DNA of 64,000 bases from Candidatus Nitrospinota bacterium M3_3B_026 (GCA_051418015.1 JBPRGF010000033.1:320001-384000), one strand, 5' to 3'; numbered from the stretch's first letter, positions 51,758 through 60,926 are shown. The notes: a model not told the origin generated them from the letters alone. Made by a program: numbers and translations.

Positions 51758-53113
51758 ATGCTGGATCAGGACAAAGTCGGCAAAATAAAGGAGGAGATGG
51801 AAAGGGGAGGGGACGCCCTCGCCTCCGTCCTGGCGGAAAGCCATCCCTCCGAGATCGCCGCCGCCATCGACAGGTTCGAGGACGAGGAAAAGATCCTGGA
51901 GACATTCGGCGCCCTCGGCCCGGAGGACTGCGCGGAAGTCCTGCCCCACCTCAACGACCGCGCCCGAAGCCTGGTTCTCGAAAAATCCTCAGCCGCCCGG
52001 CTCTGCGAGGTCATCGAAGAGCTCGACAGCGACGACGCAGCGGACATCCTCGCGGACATGAGCAAGGAGAGGGCCGAGGAGGTCCTCCGCATAATGTCCG
52101 AGGAGACCGGCGAGGAGGTTATCCGCCTGATGGCCTACGACGAAGACTCGGCCGGCCACCTGATGCAGACGGAGCTGATCGCCGTCCCGGAGGGTTTTAC
52201 CGTCGCCGAGACGATCGAGAAAATCCGCGCCACGGCCGCCGCGGCGCGGGACATACACAACGTCTTCGTGGTGGACGGCATGGGGCGGCTCCGAGGGGTC
52301 GCGCCCTTGAGCAGCCTGATCCTCTCCAGCCCGGACGCGGAGATAAGGGATGTCATGGAGGATCAGCCTCCGATCTATGTCACCGTGGACGCGGACCAGG
52401 AGCACGTGGCGGACCTTTTCAAGCGCTACGACCTCGTCTCCCTGCCGGTGGTGGGGCCGGACATGACGCTGCTCGGAAGAATACTCGTGGACGACATCGT
52501 GGACGTGCTGGAAAAGGAGGCCGATGAGGACATAATGATAATGGCCGGCGCCCACGACGAGGCGCTCGTCCAGACCCGCACGGCGGCGCAGATGGCCCGC
52601 TACCGCCTCCCGTGGCTCGGCTCCTCCCTTGTCGGGGGACTCATCACCGGGGCGTTGTTGTGGCAGTTCAAGATGACCATCTCCGAGGCGCTTGCGCTGA
52701 CGGCTTTTATCCCCGTGGTCATGGGCTTGAGCGGCAACGTGGGGGCGCAAAGCTCGGCCCTGGTCATCCGCGGCATCGCCACGGGGAGGATGGACTCCGG
52801 GTCGCTCCGCCGCTACTTTTCAAGGGAGGTAATGGTGGGGATATTGCTGGGGCTGTTCTGCGGCGCGGCGGCCGGCGCTTTCGCCCATGTGTGGCAGGGC
52901 TCCTGGGCGTTCGGGGTGGTGGTCGGGCTCTCCATATTCCTTTCCATACAGCTGGCCGCGCTTATGGGGACGGCGATACCCTTCTTTTTCAGGTGGGCGA
53001 ACATCGACCCGGCGATAGCCGGTGGGCCCATCGTCCTGGCCCTGAACGACATCACGGGTCTTGTGGTCTTTTTCGCCATGGCCACGGCGCTTTTAGGCTA
53101 CCTGGGGGGCTGA
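51758..53113 (+). CDS. mgtE: Magnesium transporter MgtE
   Basis: Acidic N-domain, CBS pair, RLPWL, GNVGAQ, DPA..GP..ND. Confidence 0.93.
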   Translation: MLDQDKVGKIKEEMERGGDALASVLAESHPSEIAAAIDRFEDEEKILETFGALGPEDCAEVLPHLNDRARSLVLEKSSAARLCEVIEELDSDDAADILADMSKERAEEVLRIMSEETGEEVIRLMAYDEDSAGHLMQTELIAVPEGFTVAETIEKIRATAAAARDIHNVFVVDGMGRLRGVAPLSSLILSSPDAEIRDVMEDQPPIYVTVDADQEHVADLFKRYDLVSLPVVGPDMTLLGRILVDDIVDVLEKEADEDIMIMAGAHDEALVQTRTAAQMARYRLPWLGSSLVGGLITGALLWQFKMTISEALALTAFIPVVMGLSGNVGAQSSALVIRGIATGRMDSGSLRRYFSREVMVGILLGLFCGAAAGAFAHVWQGSWAFGVVVGLSIFLSIQLAALMGTAIPFFFRWANIDPAIAGGPIVLALNDITGLVVFFAMATALLGYLGG

Positions 53114-53185
53114 CGCCTGTCCGCCGGACAGACGGGAAAATGTGGCTGGCGGCGATAGAAAGAATCTCTTGCCGGACACAGCGAT

Positions 53186-53266
53186 GTCATGCTGAGTGGC
53201 AGCGAAGCATCCCGTGCGGGCATGTCACACTTGGCGGGATTCTTCGGCCTTCGGCCTCAGAATGAC
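53186..53266. repeat. REP-like palindromic repeat copy 3
   Basis: Reverse complement nearly identical in both arms to 13936-14015; between convergent genes. Confidence 0.88.
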
Positions 53267-53314
53267 GGTAGCGGGGTCCTCAAAACGACGGTTTGACGCC
53301 TTTTTCGGCGACCT

Positions 53315-53689
53315 CTATTTGACTATGCGCAGGTTGGGCCGCTTTTTAGGTTTCTGGCGCTTTTTCGCTCCGGAGTTCTGGCCGGGCTCCCTGCCTTGCG
53401 TCTGCGGCTGGGAGGAGCGGAACTGGATGACGGCGTCGTGTCCGCTCATCTGGATTATGGAGTCCCAGGGAAAACGGCAGGTATACACCTTCCCGGCGAA
53501 GCGCATGGACGCTTTTATGCCCTCCTGACCCGCGGTCATTTTTGGCGTGGGGTTGACGCCAAGAATGAAATCCACGATCTCCTGGCTTTTCAAATGGGTC
53601 GGGATGTCAACCCCCTCAGTGAGAGTGTTGACGCTTATCAGGACATCCCCCCTGTCTGCGAACCACTGGAAAATAGGAAGCTTGCTCAA
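53315..53689 (-). CDS. sspB: SspB-like ClpXP adaptor (start 53689 or 53710)
   Basis: GVDIP, MRFAG...FPW.SI; C-terminal PNLRIVK matches the SspB LRVVK tail. Confidence 0.75.
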   Translation of the reverse strand: MSKLPIFQWFADRGDVLISVNTLTEGVDIPTHLKSQEIVDFILGVNPTPKMTAGQEGIKASMRFAGKVYTCRFPWDSIIQMSGHDAVIQFRSSQPQTQGREPGQNSGAKKRQKPKKRPNLRIVK

Positions 53690-53984
53690 AACTGACCCGC
53701 CTTCATACAACCGCTTAAATTATCGCATACATAGTGGGAGAGCGCCAGAGTTTATCCATCCGGGTGGTGGGTCAGTTTGAGCATTGTCAACCCGCCGGAG
53801 CCTGCTCTGAACGAAGAGAAGCGGCTCGGGACGCCGGACCGTTTCGGATTTCGCGCGGCTTTCTGACCCACACCCGCCATCTCGCTGGAAAGGAGACCTT
53901 CCCCCTGGCAGGGGAGAAAATATCCGGCGGCGCCTTATCTTTCGAGTTACGCAAAGGTCTTGTTGGAAAGCGGATGGGGCGTTT

Positions 53985-55397
53985 TTACAGGTCTATGACG
54001 TTGGAGAGAGTCTCGGCGCCGGTCTCGACGGTCTGGATATGGGTCACGCTGTCCCGGCCCCGTTTTTTCGAGCGGTAGAGGGCCTTGTCGGCCATCTCGA
54101 TGAGGCCTCTCGAGTTTTTGGCGTCGGCCGGATAAGTGGCTGCGCCAATGCTCACCGTCAGCTTTCCGTTCGGCTGCTCCTCCGCGCCGGCGAACGCGTG
54201 GGCCTTCACCTTCGACCTTATTCTCTCCGCCACCATCACCCCCTTCTTCTCGTCCGCCTTCGTGAGGATGATGGCGAATTCCTCGCCACCGTAGCGTGCC
54301 ACCACGTCCGTCTCCCGCGCCGTGTCGGTGAAGATTCTTGCCAGCGTCGTCAGCACCACGTTGCCTTCAAGGTGGCCGAAGGTGTCGTTGTAATTCTTGA
54401 AGTAATCGACGTCTATCATCAGCAGGCTGATGGGGTAGGTGTAGCGGCTGGCCCTCCTTATCTCGCTGTCCAGGGCGCGGATGAAATACCTGTGGTTGTA
54501 GAGCTTGGTCAACTCGTCGGTGATGGCCATGAACTCCGCCTTCTCGAGCAGCAGGGCCTTGTCGATGGCCGCAGCGGCATGGGCGCCGAGGAGGCTGAGT
54601 ATGTTCACCTCTCTTTCGGTGAATTTCCTGGGCCTGAAATCATCCACGTAGAGTATCCCCACGATTTTCCCCTCCACCTTGAGGGGAACGGCGATGATGG
54701 CGCCAACGCCCATCTCCCTGAGCGGTCTGGTGTCGAACTTTTTTTCCTTCTCGAGGTTCTCTATCACCGTAGGCCTGTCGTTGGAGAGTATGTGGCTTGT
54801 AAGCCCACCCGGACGAAGGCGCCATTTCATTTTCTGATCCGGGATGATCTTCTCGAACCCGAGGGACGTCTTGATCTGCATCGTCCCTTTCTCCTCATCG
54901 TAGAGTGCTATGGAGCCGGCCTCCATGCCGGTCAGGTTCAGGGCGGACTCCATGATGAGGTCCAGCGTGGTCTCCGTGTTGGCGGCGGAGGCGAGCATGA
55001 CGCCGGCGCTGTAAAGGATTTCCTTCTCCTTCAGGTTTTTCTTCATCTCCTCCTGGCGCTTTTTGTACTCCTCCACCATCCGCCACAGGAACCAGGCGCC
55101 GTATCCCGTCAGAAGCTCCGCCCTGGATTTTTTGCCGGTCAGGTACTCCTCCACTTCCCGCGCCCCGCTTGCGTCTATCAGGATATCAACATCGTCAGAC
55201 TCGGCCAGCTTCCTGAAATCGGCGTGCAACGGGACACCCATGTCCCTGGCCTTCATGACCGCGGGCCGCTTCCCGGAGCGGTAGGCAAGGCCGGCGATGG
55301 CGACCTCCGTGTCGCCCGAAAGTATCTCCAGGAGTGAATAAGCGCCGTCTCCCGCGCCTATTATTCCCACCCGGATCTTTCTATCCTTGTTCATCAA
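53985..55397 (-). CDS. Diguanylate cyclase: Rossmann-like domain, GAF, GGDEF
   Basis: VGIIGAGDGA; AVPL...GILY; TDELT.LYN, DVDYFK, RETD I-site, GGEEF. Confidence 0.9.
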   Translation of the reverse strand: MMNKDRKIRVGIIGAGDGAYSLLEILSGDTEVAIAGLAYRSGKRPAVMKARDMGVPLHADFRKLAESDDVDILIDASGAREVEEYLTGKKSRAELLTGYGAWFLWRMVEEYKKRQEEMKKNLKEKEILYSAGVMLASAANTETTLDLIMESALNLTGMEAGSIALYDEEKGTMQIKTSLGFEKIIPDQKMKWRLRPGGLTSHILSNDRPTVIENLEKEKKFDTRPLREMGVGAIIAVPLKVEGKIVGILYVDDFRPRKFTEREVNILSLLGAHAAAAIDKALLLEKAEFMAITDELTKLYNHRYFIRALDSEIRRASRYTYPISLLMIDVDYFKNYNDTFGHLEGNVVLTTLARIFTDTARETDVVARYGGEEFAIILTKADEKKGVMVAERIRSKVKAHAFAGAEEQPNGKLTVSIGAATYPADAKNSRGLIEMADKALYRSKKRGRDSVTHIQTVETGAETLSNVIDL

Positions 55398-55713
55398 CGA
55401 GCCTTCCTCTGGGGAATTCGGTGCGTTTTACGATGTCGTTCCAGAAGTTTCTCTTTATGCTGTGGCAGGTCTTGCAATCGGCGGCGGAGGCGTAAGGCTC
55501 CTCCTTGTACATGGCCGTGGTCTTCGGGATGTGCTCGCCGGGATTGAAATTTCTGTGGACGTGGCAACCCTGGCAATATCCGGTGACAACCCTGATCTCC
55601 TCGGGTGTCTCCATATCCCCTTCAAAAGCCTCGTCCACCTGGCTTGTGGCGCACGAGACGGAAAAAAGGGCGAAAACCGCCAGCAGGGATACGGAAAACG
55701 GGGAAAATCTCAT
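55381..55713 (-). CDS. Small diheme c-type cytochrome lipoprotein
   Basis: Hydrophobic signal plus SVSC lipobox; CQGCH and CKTCH. Confidence 0.75.
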   Translation of the reverse strand: MRFSPFSVSLLAVFALFSVSCATSQVDEAFEGDMETPEEIRVVTGYCQGCHVHRNFNPGEHIPKTTAMYKEEPYASAADCKTCHSIKRNFWNDIVKRTEFPRGRLVDEQG

Positions 55714-55805
55714 CCTTCCCCCAGGATGGCGCATGCTTGACTCTATATAAAAAAATGGATGATTCAGCTTGGAAAATAATATCACGGAAAACAGTGGCGG
55801 GGCAA

Positions 55806-55835
55806 ATTATATTTTTTCGTCCGCAGATACAGCAA
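55806..55835 (-). promoter_or_regulatory. Candidate promoter of cytochrome-DGC operon
   Basis: Minus strand TTGCTG-18-TATAAT. Confidence 0.5.
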
Positions 55836-56097
55836 ATCGATAGGCGGAATGCCCTCCTCCGCCGCGCTCCAGTCGAGAAACTACTTGCAGGTTTTACGAC
55901 AAGCGAATGTATAATAAAGCCTTAACAGCAATCCCCGGAAGGGGCCTCGCGAACCCCCGCGTTTCTCATGGTGTAAAAACGCGATACGGCGATCGCACGC
56001 GGAGTGGCTTGTCTGCGTAACAATAAGTGACGTTTATGCCCGTCCCGCGCCGTTCTTGACGACTCTTTTTTTGTTATGGATGTATCTTGAGTGTGAC

Positions 56098-56130
56098 AAA
56101 AAAAGCGCCCGACCTGATGGCCGGGCGCTT
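56098..56130 (-). terminator. Intrinsic terminator of cytochrome c peroxidase gene
   Basis: Minus strand AAGCGCCCGGCC-ATCA-GGTCGGGCGCTT with T7. Confidence 0.85.
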
Positions 56131-56161
56131 CGTGTATCGCCGTTGTTTCAGGCCGCCGCCG

Positions 56162-57199
56162 TCACATCCTGTCCGGCTTGGGAGTCTCCGGGGTGGATGG
56201 CGGCAGGATCGGCAGCGCGATTTCCGGCGCCTGCCCTGTCAGCGATTTCAGGAAGGCGGTGATGGCGCCGATCTCGTCATCGGTGAGCTTCTCGCCGAGC
56301 TGTGTCCAGCCCATGATCCTTACGGCCTTCCTGAGGTCCCATACGGAGCCGTCATGGAAATAGGGGTATGTCAGCTCGATGTTGCGCAGCGAGGGGACCT
56401 TGAAGACATGCGTGTCCGCCTCGTCTTTCGTAACCTCGTACCTGCCCTTGTCCTCGAGCCCTTCCGGCGTGTTGACCAGGCCGAACTTTTGATACATCCC
56501 CCCGCCGACGGCGACGCCGTTGTGGCAGGCCACGCATCCTTTGCCCATGAAGGTCTCAAGGCCCTTTTTCTCCTTCCTGGTGAGGGCTCCCTCGTCACCC
56601 CTGAGGAACCTGTCGAACCGCGACGGCGTCAGCAACGTCCTCTCGAAGGCTCCAATGGCGTCGGCCATATGCTCGTATGTTAACGGATCGTCCTTGCCCG
56701 GAAAGGCCTCCCTGAAAAGCCTCACGTACTCCGGGATGGACTTGAGCCTCTTCATGACAAGGTCCTTGGAGGCGGCCATCTCGACGCCCGCCAGCACGGG
56801 TCCCTGGGCCTGGGCCTCGACATCCTTGGCCCTGCCGTCCCAGAACTGGGCTATGTGAAGCGAGGCGTTATAGACCGTGGGGGCGTTGCGTCCGCCTGTC
56901 TTCCACTTGTGGCCGGTGGAAAGAGGCGCGTTGTCCACCCCGCCCGTGGCAAGGTCGTGGCAGGAGGCGCAGGAGAAGACCTGTGACTTGGAAAGACGCC
57001 GCTCGAAGTAGAGCATCTTTCCGAGCTTCAGCTTGGCCTCGTTGGGCGGGTTTTGTTTTTTGAACACTGGTTTTTCCGGCAGCGGCTCGAATAAACCCGA
57101 AGCCTCGCTCAAAAGCCCGGACCCCTCGCCCGCCCACGCCGCGGAAAAGGCCAACAGAACCGCCAGAACCGGCGCGGCGATTTTTACGCTGTTTTTCAT
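56162..57199 (-). CDS. Diheme cytochrome c peroxidase
   Basis: Signal peptide, CASCH, RNAPTVYN, QFWDGRA, CVACH, FKVPSLRN, PYFHDG. Confidence 0.93.
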   Translation of the reverse strand: MKNSVKIAAPVLAVLLAFSAAWAGEGSGLLSEASGLFEPLPEKPVFKKQNPPNEAKLKLGKMLYFERRLSKSQVFSCASCHDLATGGVDNAPLSTGHKWKTGGRNAPTVYNASLHIAQFWDGRAKDVEAQAQGPVLAGVEMAASKDLVMKRLKSIPEYVRLFREAFPGKDDPLTYEHMADAIGAFERTLLTPSRFDRFLRGDEGALTRKEKKGLETFMGKGCVACHNGVAVGGGMYQKFGLVNTPEGLEDKGRYEVTKDEADTHVFKVPSLRNIELTYPYFHDGSVWDLRKAVRIMGWTQLGEKLTDDEIGAITAFLKSLTGQAPEIALPILPPSTPETPKPDRM

Positions 57200-57378
57200 G
57201 ATCCCTCCCCATGATCTGGAATTGATCCAAGTTTAAACTTTATCTAATATCTTGCCCACTTTATACCTTAAAATATGAGCCGTTTTCAAAAAAAAAAACC
57301 AGTTATGAGCGAACGGCGGGATTTTTTCGTCCGCGGGGTCACGCCGCGGATGACCGCAAGCGCTGGCGGGTCCGCGGC

Positions 57379-59049
57379 CTACGGCAAAGCGGAGCGGCCC
57401 TGTTTTTCCTTTTCCCCGGCCCCCTGGCCTTCAACCTGCTCCTTGTGCCATTTCACGTAGAGCTCATCGAAGTATTTCGGGTTGTCCAGCATCTGCTCCG
57501 TTATCTCAAAGGGGCCTTTCCAGTCCATGTAGTTGAGGGCGGACGCCCCCTTCAGGAGCCTGTTTATGGCCGTGGACACCTGGACTCCGTTCTCCTCGGC
57601 GTACTTGATGATCTTGTCCTCCACGTTCTTCGGGATGACCAGCTCCACCCCCTGGTCGCGGTAGAACTTCTCGATGAAATCAACGAAGGGTGACCTCTCC
57701 AGTATCTTCAGCAGGGCGTCCCGAGGGGCCTCGCACATCTCGCGGGTGATCTCCAGCTCCTTGAAATTCGTCGCCGGAAACTCGAACTGGAAATCCGTCA
57801 GCAGATCCTCGAAAACCGAGACCAGCGCCCGCGCCCCGGTTTTCTTGTTCTCCCCCCTCTCGGCGATCCACATCAACGCGTCCTCGGTGAACTTCAGGTT
57901 TATCCCGAACAGGGAGAACTCGAACTTGTACTGCTCCAGTATGGAGTCCTCCGTCTCCGTCATTATCCTGACAAGGTCGTTCTTTGAGAGGGGGTTCACG
58001 TAGGTGCGCACGGGCGCGCGTCCCACCAGCTCCGGGATGATGCCGAACCTTATATAATCGTTCTCCCCGGCTTCCTTGTAGTAGTTGTAATGCTTCTCGG
58101 CCGGCCTGCCGGCGTCGGCGATGAAGCCGGTGATGGTGACGGAGCCGTCCTCCCGCAGGCCCCTGGCGCCCATCTCAAGCCTTTTCTTGACGATAGACTC
58201 CAGGTCGTTGTCCGGCCGCATGAACGAGCCGCCAAGGATGAACAGGATGTTCTCCGTCGAGATGAAGCCTTTGCGTTTGTCCCTGCCCGCCGCTCCCCGC
58301 TGCTGGTCCATGAGGTCCTGTATCTGCGAGGCGGGGCTCATGGGGTCCTCCACGGAAACGTTCTTGCGTTCTATGAGCTTCAGCACGGCCCTCTGAAAAC
58401 CCTCACGGGAGATGTCGTGGCCGATCATCTTGCCGTCCTTGGCCTTCTTGTCCAGTTCGTCGATGAATATCAGCCCGCCGTATCCTTCCACGAACTCCGC
58501 CTTCTCCGCCTTCGTGGAGCCGGGGGCCATCTGAATAAGCTCCCGGACCATGTCGTCGGCGCTCTTGCCCACGTAACCGGCCTCGGTGTAGTCCGTGGCG
58601 TCTATGATCAACGTCGGCACCTCCAGCAGATCCCCCAGTATCTCCACGCAATAGGTCTTGCCGGAGCCGGAGGGGCCGGAGATTATGGTGTTCTTCTTGC
58701 GGAACCTTTTGACCTTCACCCTGTCCGCCACCCCCTCGTTTATCGCCTTGACGATGGCGAAATGGTAGGCCGCGGCTATGGAGAGCCTTTTCTTGTAGTC
58801 CTCCTGGCCTATGACGTACTTGTCCAGGCTTTCCTTGATCTCTTTCGGGGTGTGAATCTTCACCTCGGGGGGCGGCTTTTTCTCTTTCGGGCCGAGGATC
58901 GCGCTCAGGCTCTCCTCGAAGGCCTCGTCGGCGGAGGCCCTCGCCCCCATGTAGGCGCGCACGGCCTCGTCCATGGAGCAGTTGTAGCGCTCCACGATGC
59001 TGTCGATCTCTTCTTTCGGGATTTCTATGTGAGTCGGGTCGATCTTCAT
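57379..59049 (-). CDS. ClpX-like AAA+ ATPase lacking the zinc-binding domain
   Basis: LDKYVIGQ, GPSGSGKT, DAT.YTEAGYVG, IFIDELDK, PELVGR, TGARAL. Confidence 0.85.
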   Translation of the reverse strand: MKIDPTHIEIPKEEIDSIVERYNCSMDEAVRAYMGARASADEAFEESLSAILGPKEKKPPPEVKIHTPKEIKESLDKYVIGQEDYKKRLSIAAAYHFAIVKAINEGVADRVKVKRFRKKNTIISGPSGSGKTYCVEILGDLLEVPTLIIDATDYTEAGYVGKSADDMVRELIQMAPGSTKAEKAEFVEGYGGLIFIDELDKKAKDGKMIGHDISREGFQRAVLKLIERKNVSVEDPMSPASQIQDLMDQQRGAAGRDKRKGFISTENILFILGGSFMRPDNDLESIVKKRLEMGARGLREDGSVTITGFIADAGRPAEKHYNYYKEAGENDYIRFGIIPELVGRAPVRTYVNPLSKNDLVRIMTETEDSILEQYKFEFSLFGINLKFTEDALMWIAERGENKKTGARALVSVFEDLLTDFQFEFPATNFKELEITREMCEAPRDALLKILERSPFVDFIEKFYRDQGVELVIPKNVEDKIIKYAEENGVQVSTAINRLLKGASALNYMDWKGPFEITEQMLDNPKYFDELYVKWHKEQVEGQGAGEKEKQGRSALP

Positions 59050-59127
59050 CGCGGCCGATCTTTATCGAGGGTTCAAAATAAAAACACACTATAACATATA
59101 CGGTCCGATGTAATAAGATGCCGGATC

Positions 59128-60039
59128 ATGAAAAATCAAGCTCCAGCCTGTCGCCGCCTGGCGGTACTGTGCGTATCGACCGCGACGATACTGTCGCTGC
59201 TCTCCGCCGCTCCCTGCCGCGCCGGATCGCTGAAAGTGACGGCCACGATCCACCCCATAGCGGACATAGCGCGGAGGGTAGGGGGGGGGGCGGTCTCGGT
59301 CCATACCCTCCTCAAGCCGGGCCAGGGGCCGCACACCTACGAGCCAACGCCGGGCGACATGAGGGCCATCGAGAAGTCGGACATGGTGGTCGTGACCGGG
59401 TTCGGGCTGGAGGAATGGCTTGATAATCTGCTGGAGCCGCATGGGAAACCGGGGAGGGTTGTCGTGGACCTTTCGGAAGCGGCGCCAGACCCGATAAAAA
59501 GCGCAACCCACTTCCACGGCAACGGACAGGTCAACCCTCATTACTGGCTTGATCCCATAATCATGGCGAGGGCTGCGGAGAGAGTGGGGGACGCTATGGC
59601 GGCGAAGCTGCCCGCCGAAGCGGAAAATATCCACAGGAGAGCGGCGAAGCTGGCCGAAAGGATCCGCGCCCTGGATGAACAGATCAGGGCAGCTCTCGGA
59701 AAACCGGGTCTGGCGAAAAGCTTCGTGGCCTTTCACAACGCATGGGAATATTTCGCCGCCCGCTACGGCCTCGAACAGGCGGGGGTCATAGAGACCGCGC
59801 CGGGGCGGGAGCCTTCCGCAAGGCACATGATCGAGCTTATCGAAAAGATAAAGGAGTCGGGCGCGAGGGCCGTCCTGACGGAGCCGCGTTTCCCACCGCG
59901 CCTCGCCGAGACGCTGGCGCGCGAGGCAGGAGTCAGGGTGGTGGAAGTGGATCCCATAGGAGGCGTCCCTGGAAGGGAAGGGTACATAGAGCTGATGCGA
60001 TACAACGCAGGGCAGTTCGTGAAAGCCCTTTCACCATAA
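59128..60039 (+). CDS. ZnuA/TroA-like metal ABC substrate-binding protein
   Basis: PHTYEP, NPHYWLDP, FHNAW.YF, DPIG. Confidence 0.9.
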   Translation: MKNQAPACRRLAVLCVSTATILSLLSAAPCRAGSLKVTATIHPIADIARRVGGGAVSVHTLLKPGQGPHTYEPTPGDMRAIEKSDMVVVTGFGLEEWLDNLLEPHGKPGRVVVDLSEAAPDPIKSATHFHGNGQVNPHYWLDPIIMARAAERVGDAMAAKLPAEAENIHRRAAKLAERIRALDEQIRAALGKPGLAKSFVAFHNAWEYFAARYGLEQAGVIETAPGREPSARHMIELIEKIKESGARAVLTEPRFPPRLAETLAREAGVRVVEVDPIGGVPGREGYIELMRYNAGQFVKALSP

Positions 60040-60092
60040 AAAAAGGCGCCCGCGGCTTTTAGGGGGATCAAGGAGGGAAGCCGCGGGCGCCT
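60038..60092 (-). terminator. Intrinsic terminator of trxA operon with large C-rich loop
   Basis: 15-bp perfect stem AGGCGCCCGCGGCTT/AAGCCGCGGGCGCCT, 19-nt loop, T-run on minus strand. Confidence 0.8.
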
Positions 60093-60131
60093 GATATAAG
60101 GCGACAGGGGGATATCGCCTCGTGGTCTCCG

Positions 60132-60350
60132 TTATTCTTTCATCGCGTAGTCCTTGATCAGCTTCGCGCCAAGCAGAAGCAACGGCGCCGAATGCAAAAA
60201 CAGATCGAAAATATCAAGCGGCCTGGAAAGCTGGCCGTTTTTCAGCATCCCCAGCTTCTCCACAAGATGCGGCTTCGGACTTATCGGCGCGACGGCAAGC
60301 CACAACGCCACCGGAATCAACAGCTTATACGAAATATAATCCAGCGCCAC
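60132..60350 (-). CDS. Small two-TM hypothetical membrane protein
   Basis: 72 aa, GGGAG RBS, LAVAP..P.PHLVEKL..RPLDIFDL..H; 17 bp after trxA. Confidence 0.72.
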   Translation of the reverse strand: MALDYISYKLLIPVALWLAVAPISPKPHLVEKLGMLKNGQLSRPLDIFDLFLHSAPLLLLGAKLIKDYAMKE

Positions 60351-60367
60351 GTTAAAACTCCCACCCC

Positions 60368-60700
60368 TCAGGCGGCCACGACGGCGCTGTCGATGAAGTT
60401 TTTCAAAACTTCCTTCGGCGCCGCGCCCACCATCTGATCCACAAGCTCGCCGTCCTTGAACAGCATCAGCGTGGGAATGCCGCGCACGCCGTACTTCGCC
60501 GGCGTCTGGAACGAGCTGTCCGTGTCCAGCTTGACCATCTTTACCCTGCCGTCGAACTCCTCGGCCAGCTGCTCAACAATGGGACCTACCATCTGGCAGG
60601 GACCACACCACGCCGCCCAGAAATCCACAAGCACGGGTACGTCGCTGTCCAGAACCTCTTTCCGGAAGCTGTCGTCCGTTACGTGAACAACCTTTGACAT
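60368..60700 (-). CDS. trxA: Thioredoxin
   Basis: VLVDFWAAWCGPC, GIPTL; AAGGAGG RBS. Confidence 0.96.
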   Translation of the reverse strand: MSKVVHVTDDSFRKEVLDSDVPVLVDFWAAWCGPCQMVGPIVEQLAEEFDGRVKMVKLDTDSSFQTPAKYGVRGIPTLMLFKDGELVDQMVGAAPKEVLKNFIDSAVVAA

Positions 60701-60762
60701 CTTCTTCACCTCCTTGAGTTTGAGATGATACGGTTAACTCTTGGTCCTTGTCGATGTAGAAA

Positions 60763-60778
60763 TACAACAGCCGTGCCA
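60763..60778 (-). promoter_or_regulatory. Sigma54 -24/-12 promoter of trxA
   Basis: Minus strand TGGCACG-GCTG-TTGTA (consensus TGGCACG-N4-TTGCW, one mismatch). Confidence 0.72.
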
Positions 60779-60872
60779 AACCGCGGAAAGCGCCAAGGAC
60801 GATGATATATCTTTATTTATCAGCATGATAGCAGCAGCCCCTTCCGCGCCCGCTACCCAGCGGGGATAGGTT

Positions 60873-60913
60873 TGCAACATGTTTGTCGCAACATATGTCG
60901 CAAATATTGTCGC
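60873..60913. promoter_or_regulatory. Putative upstream activator sequences
   Basis: TGCAACA-N4-TGTCGCA palindrome; TGTCGC at 60884, 60896, 60908 (12-bp period). Confidence 0.65.
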
Positions 60914-60926
60914 CCTGCGGGGGTCG

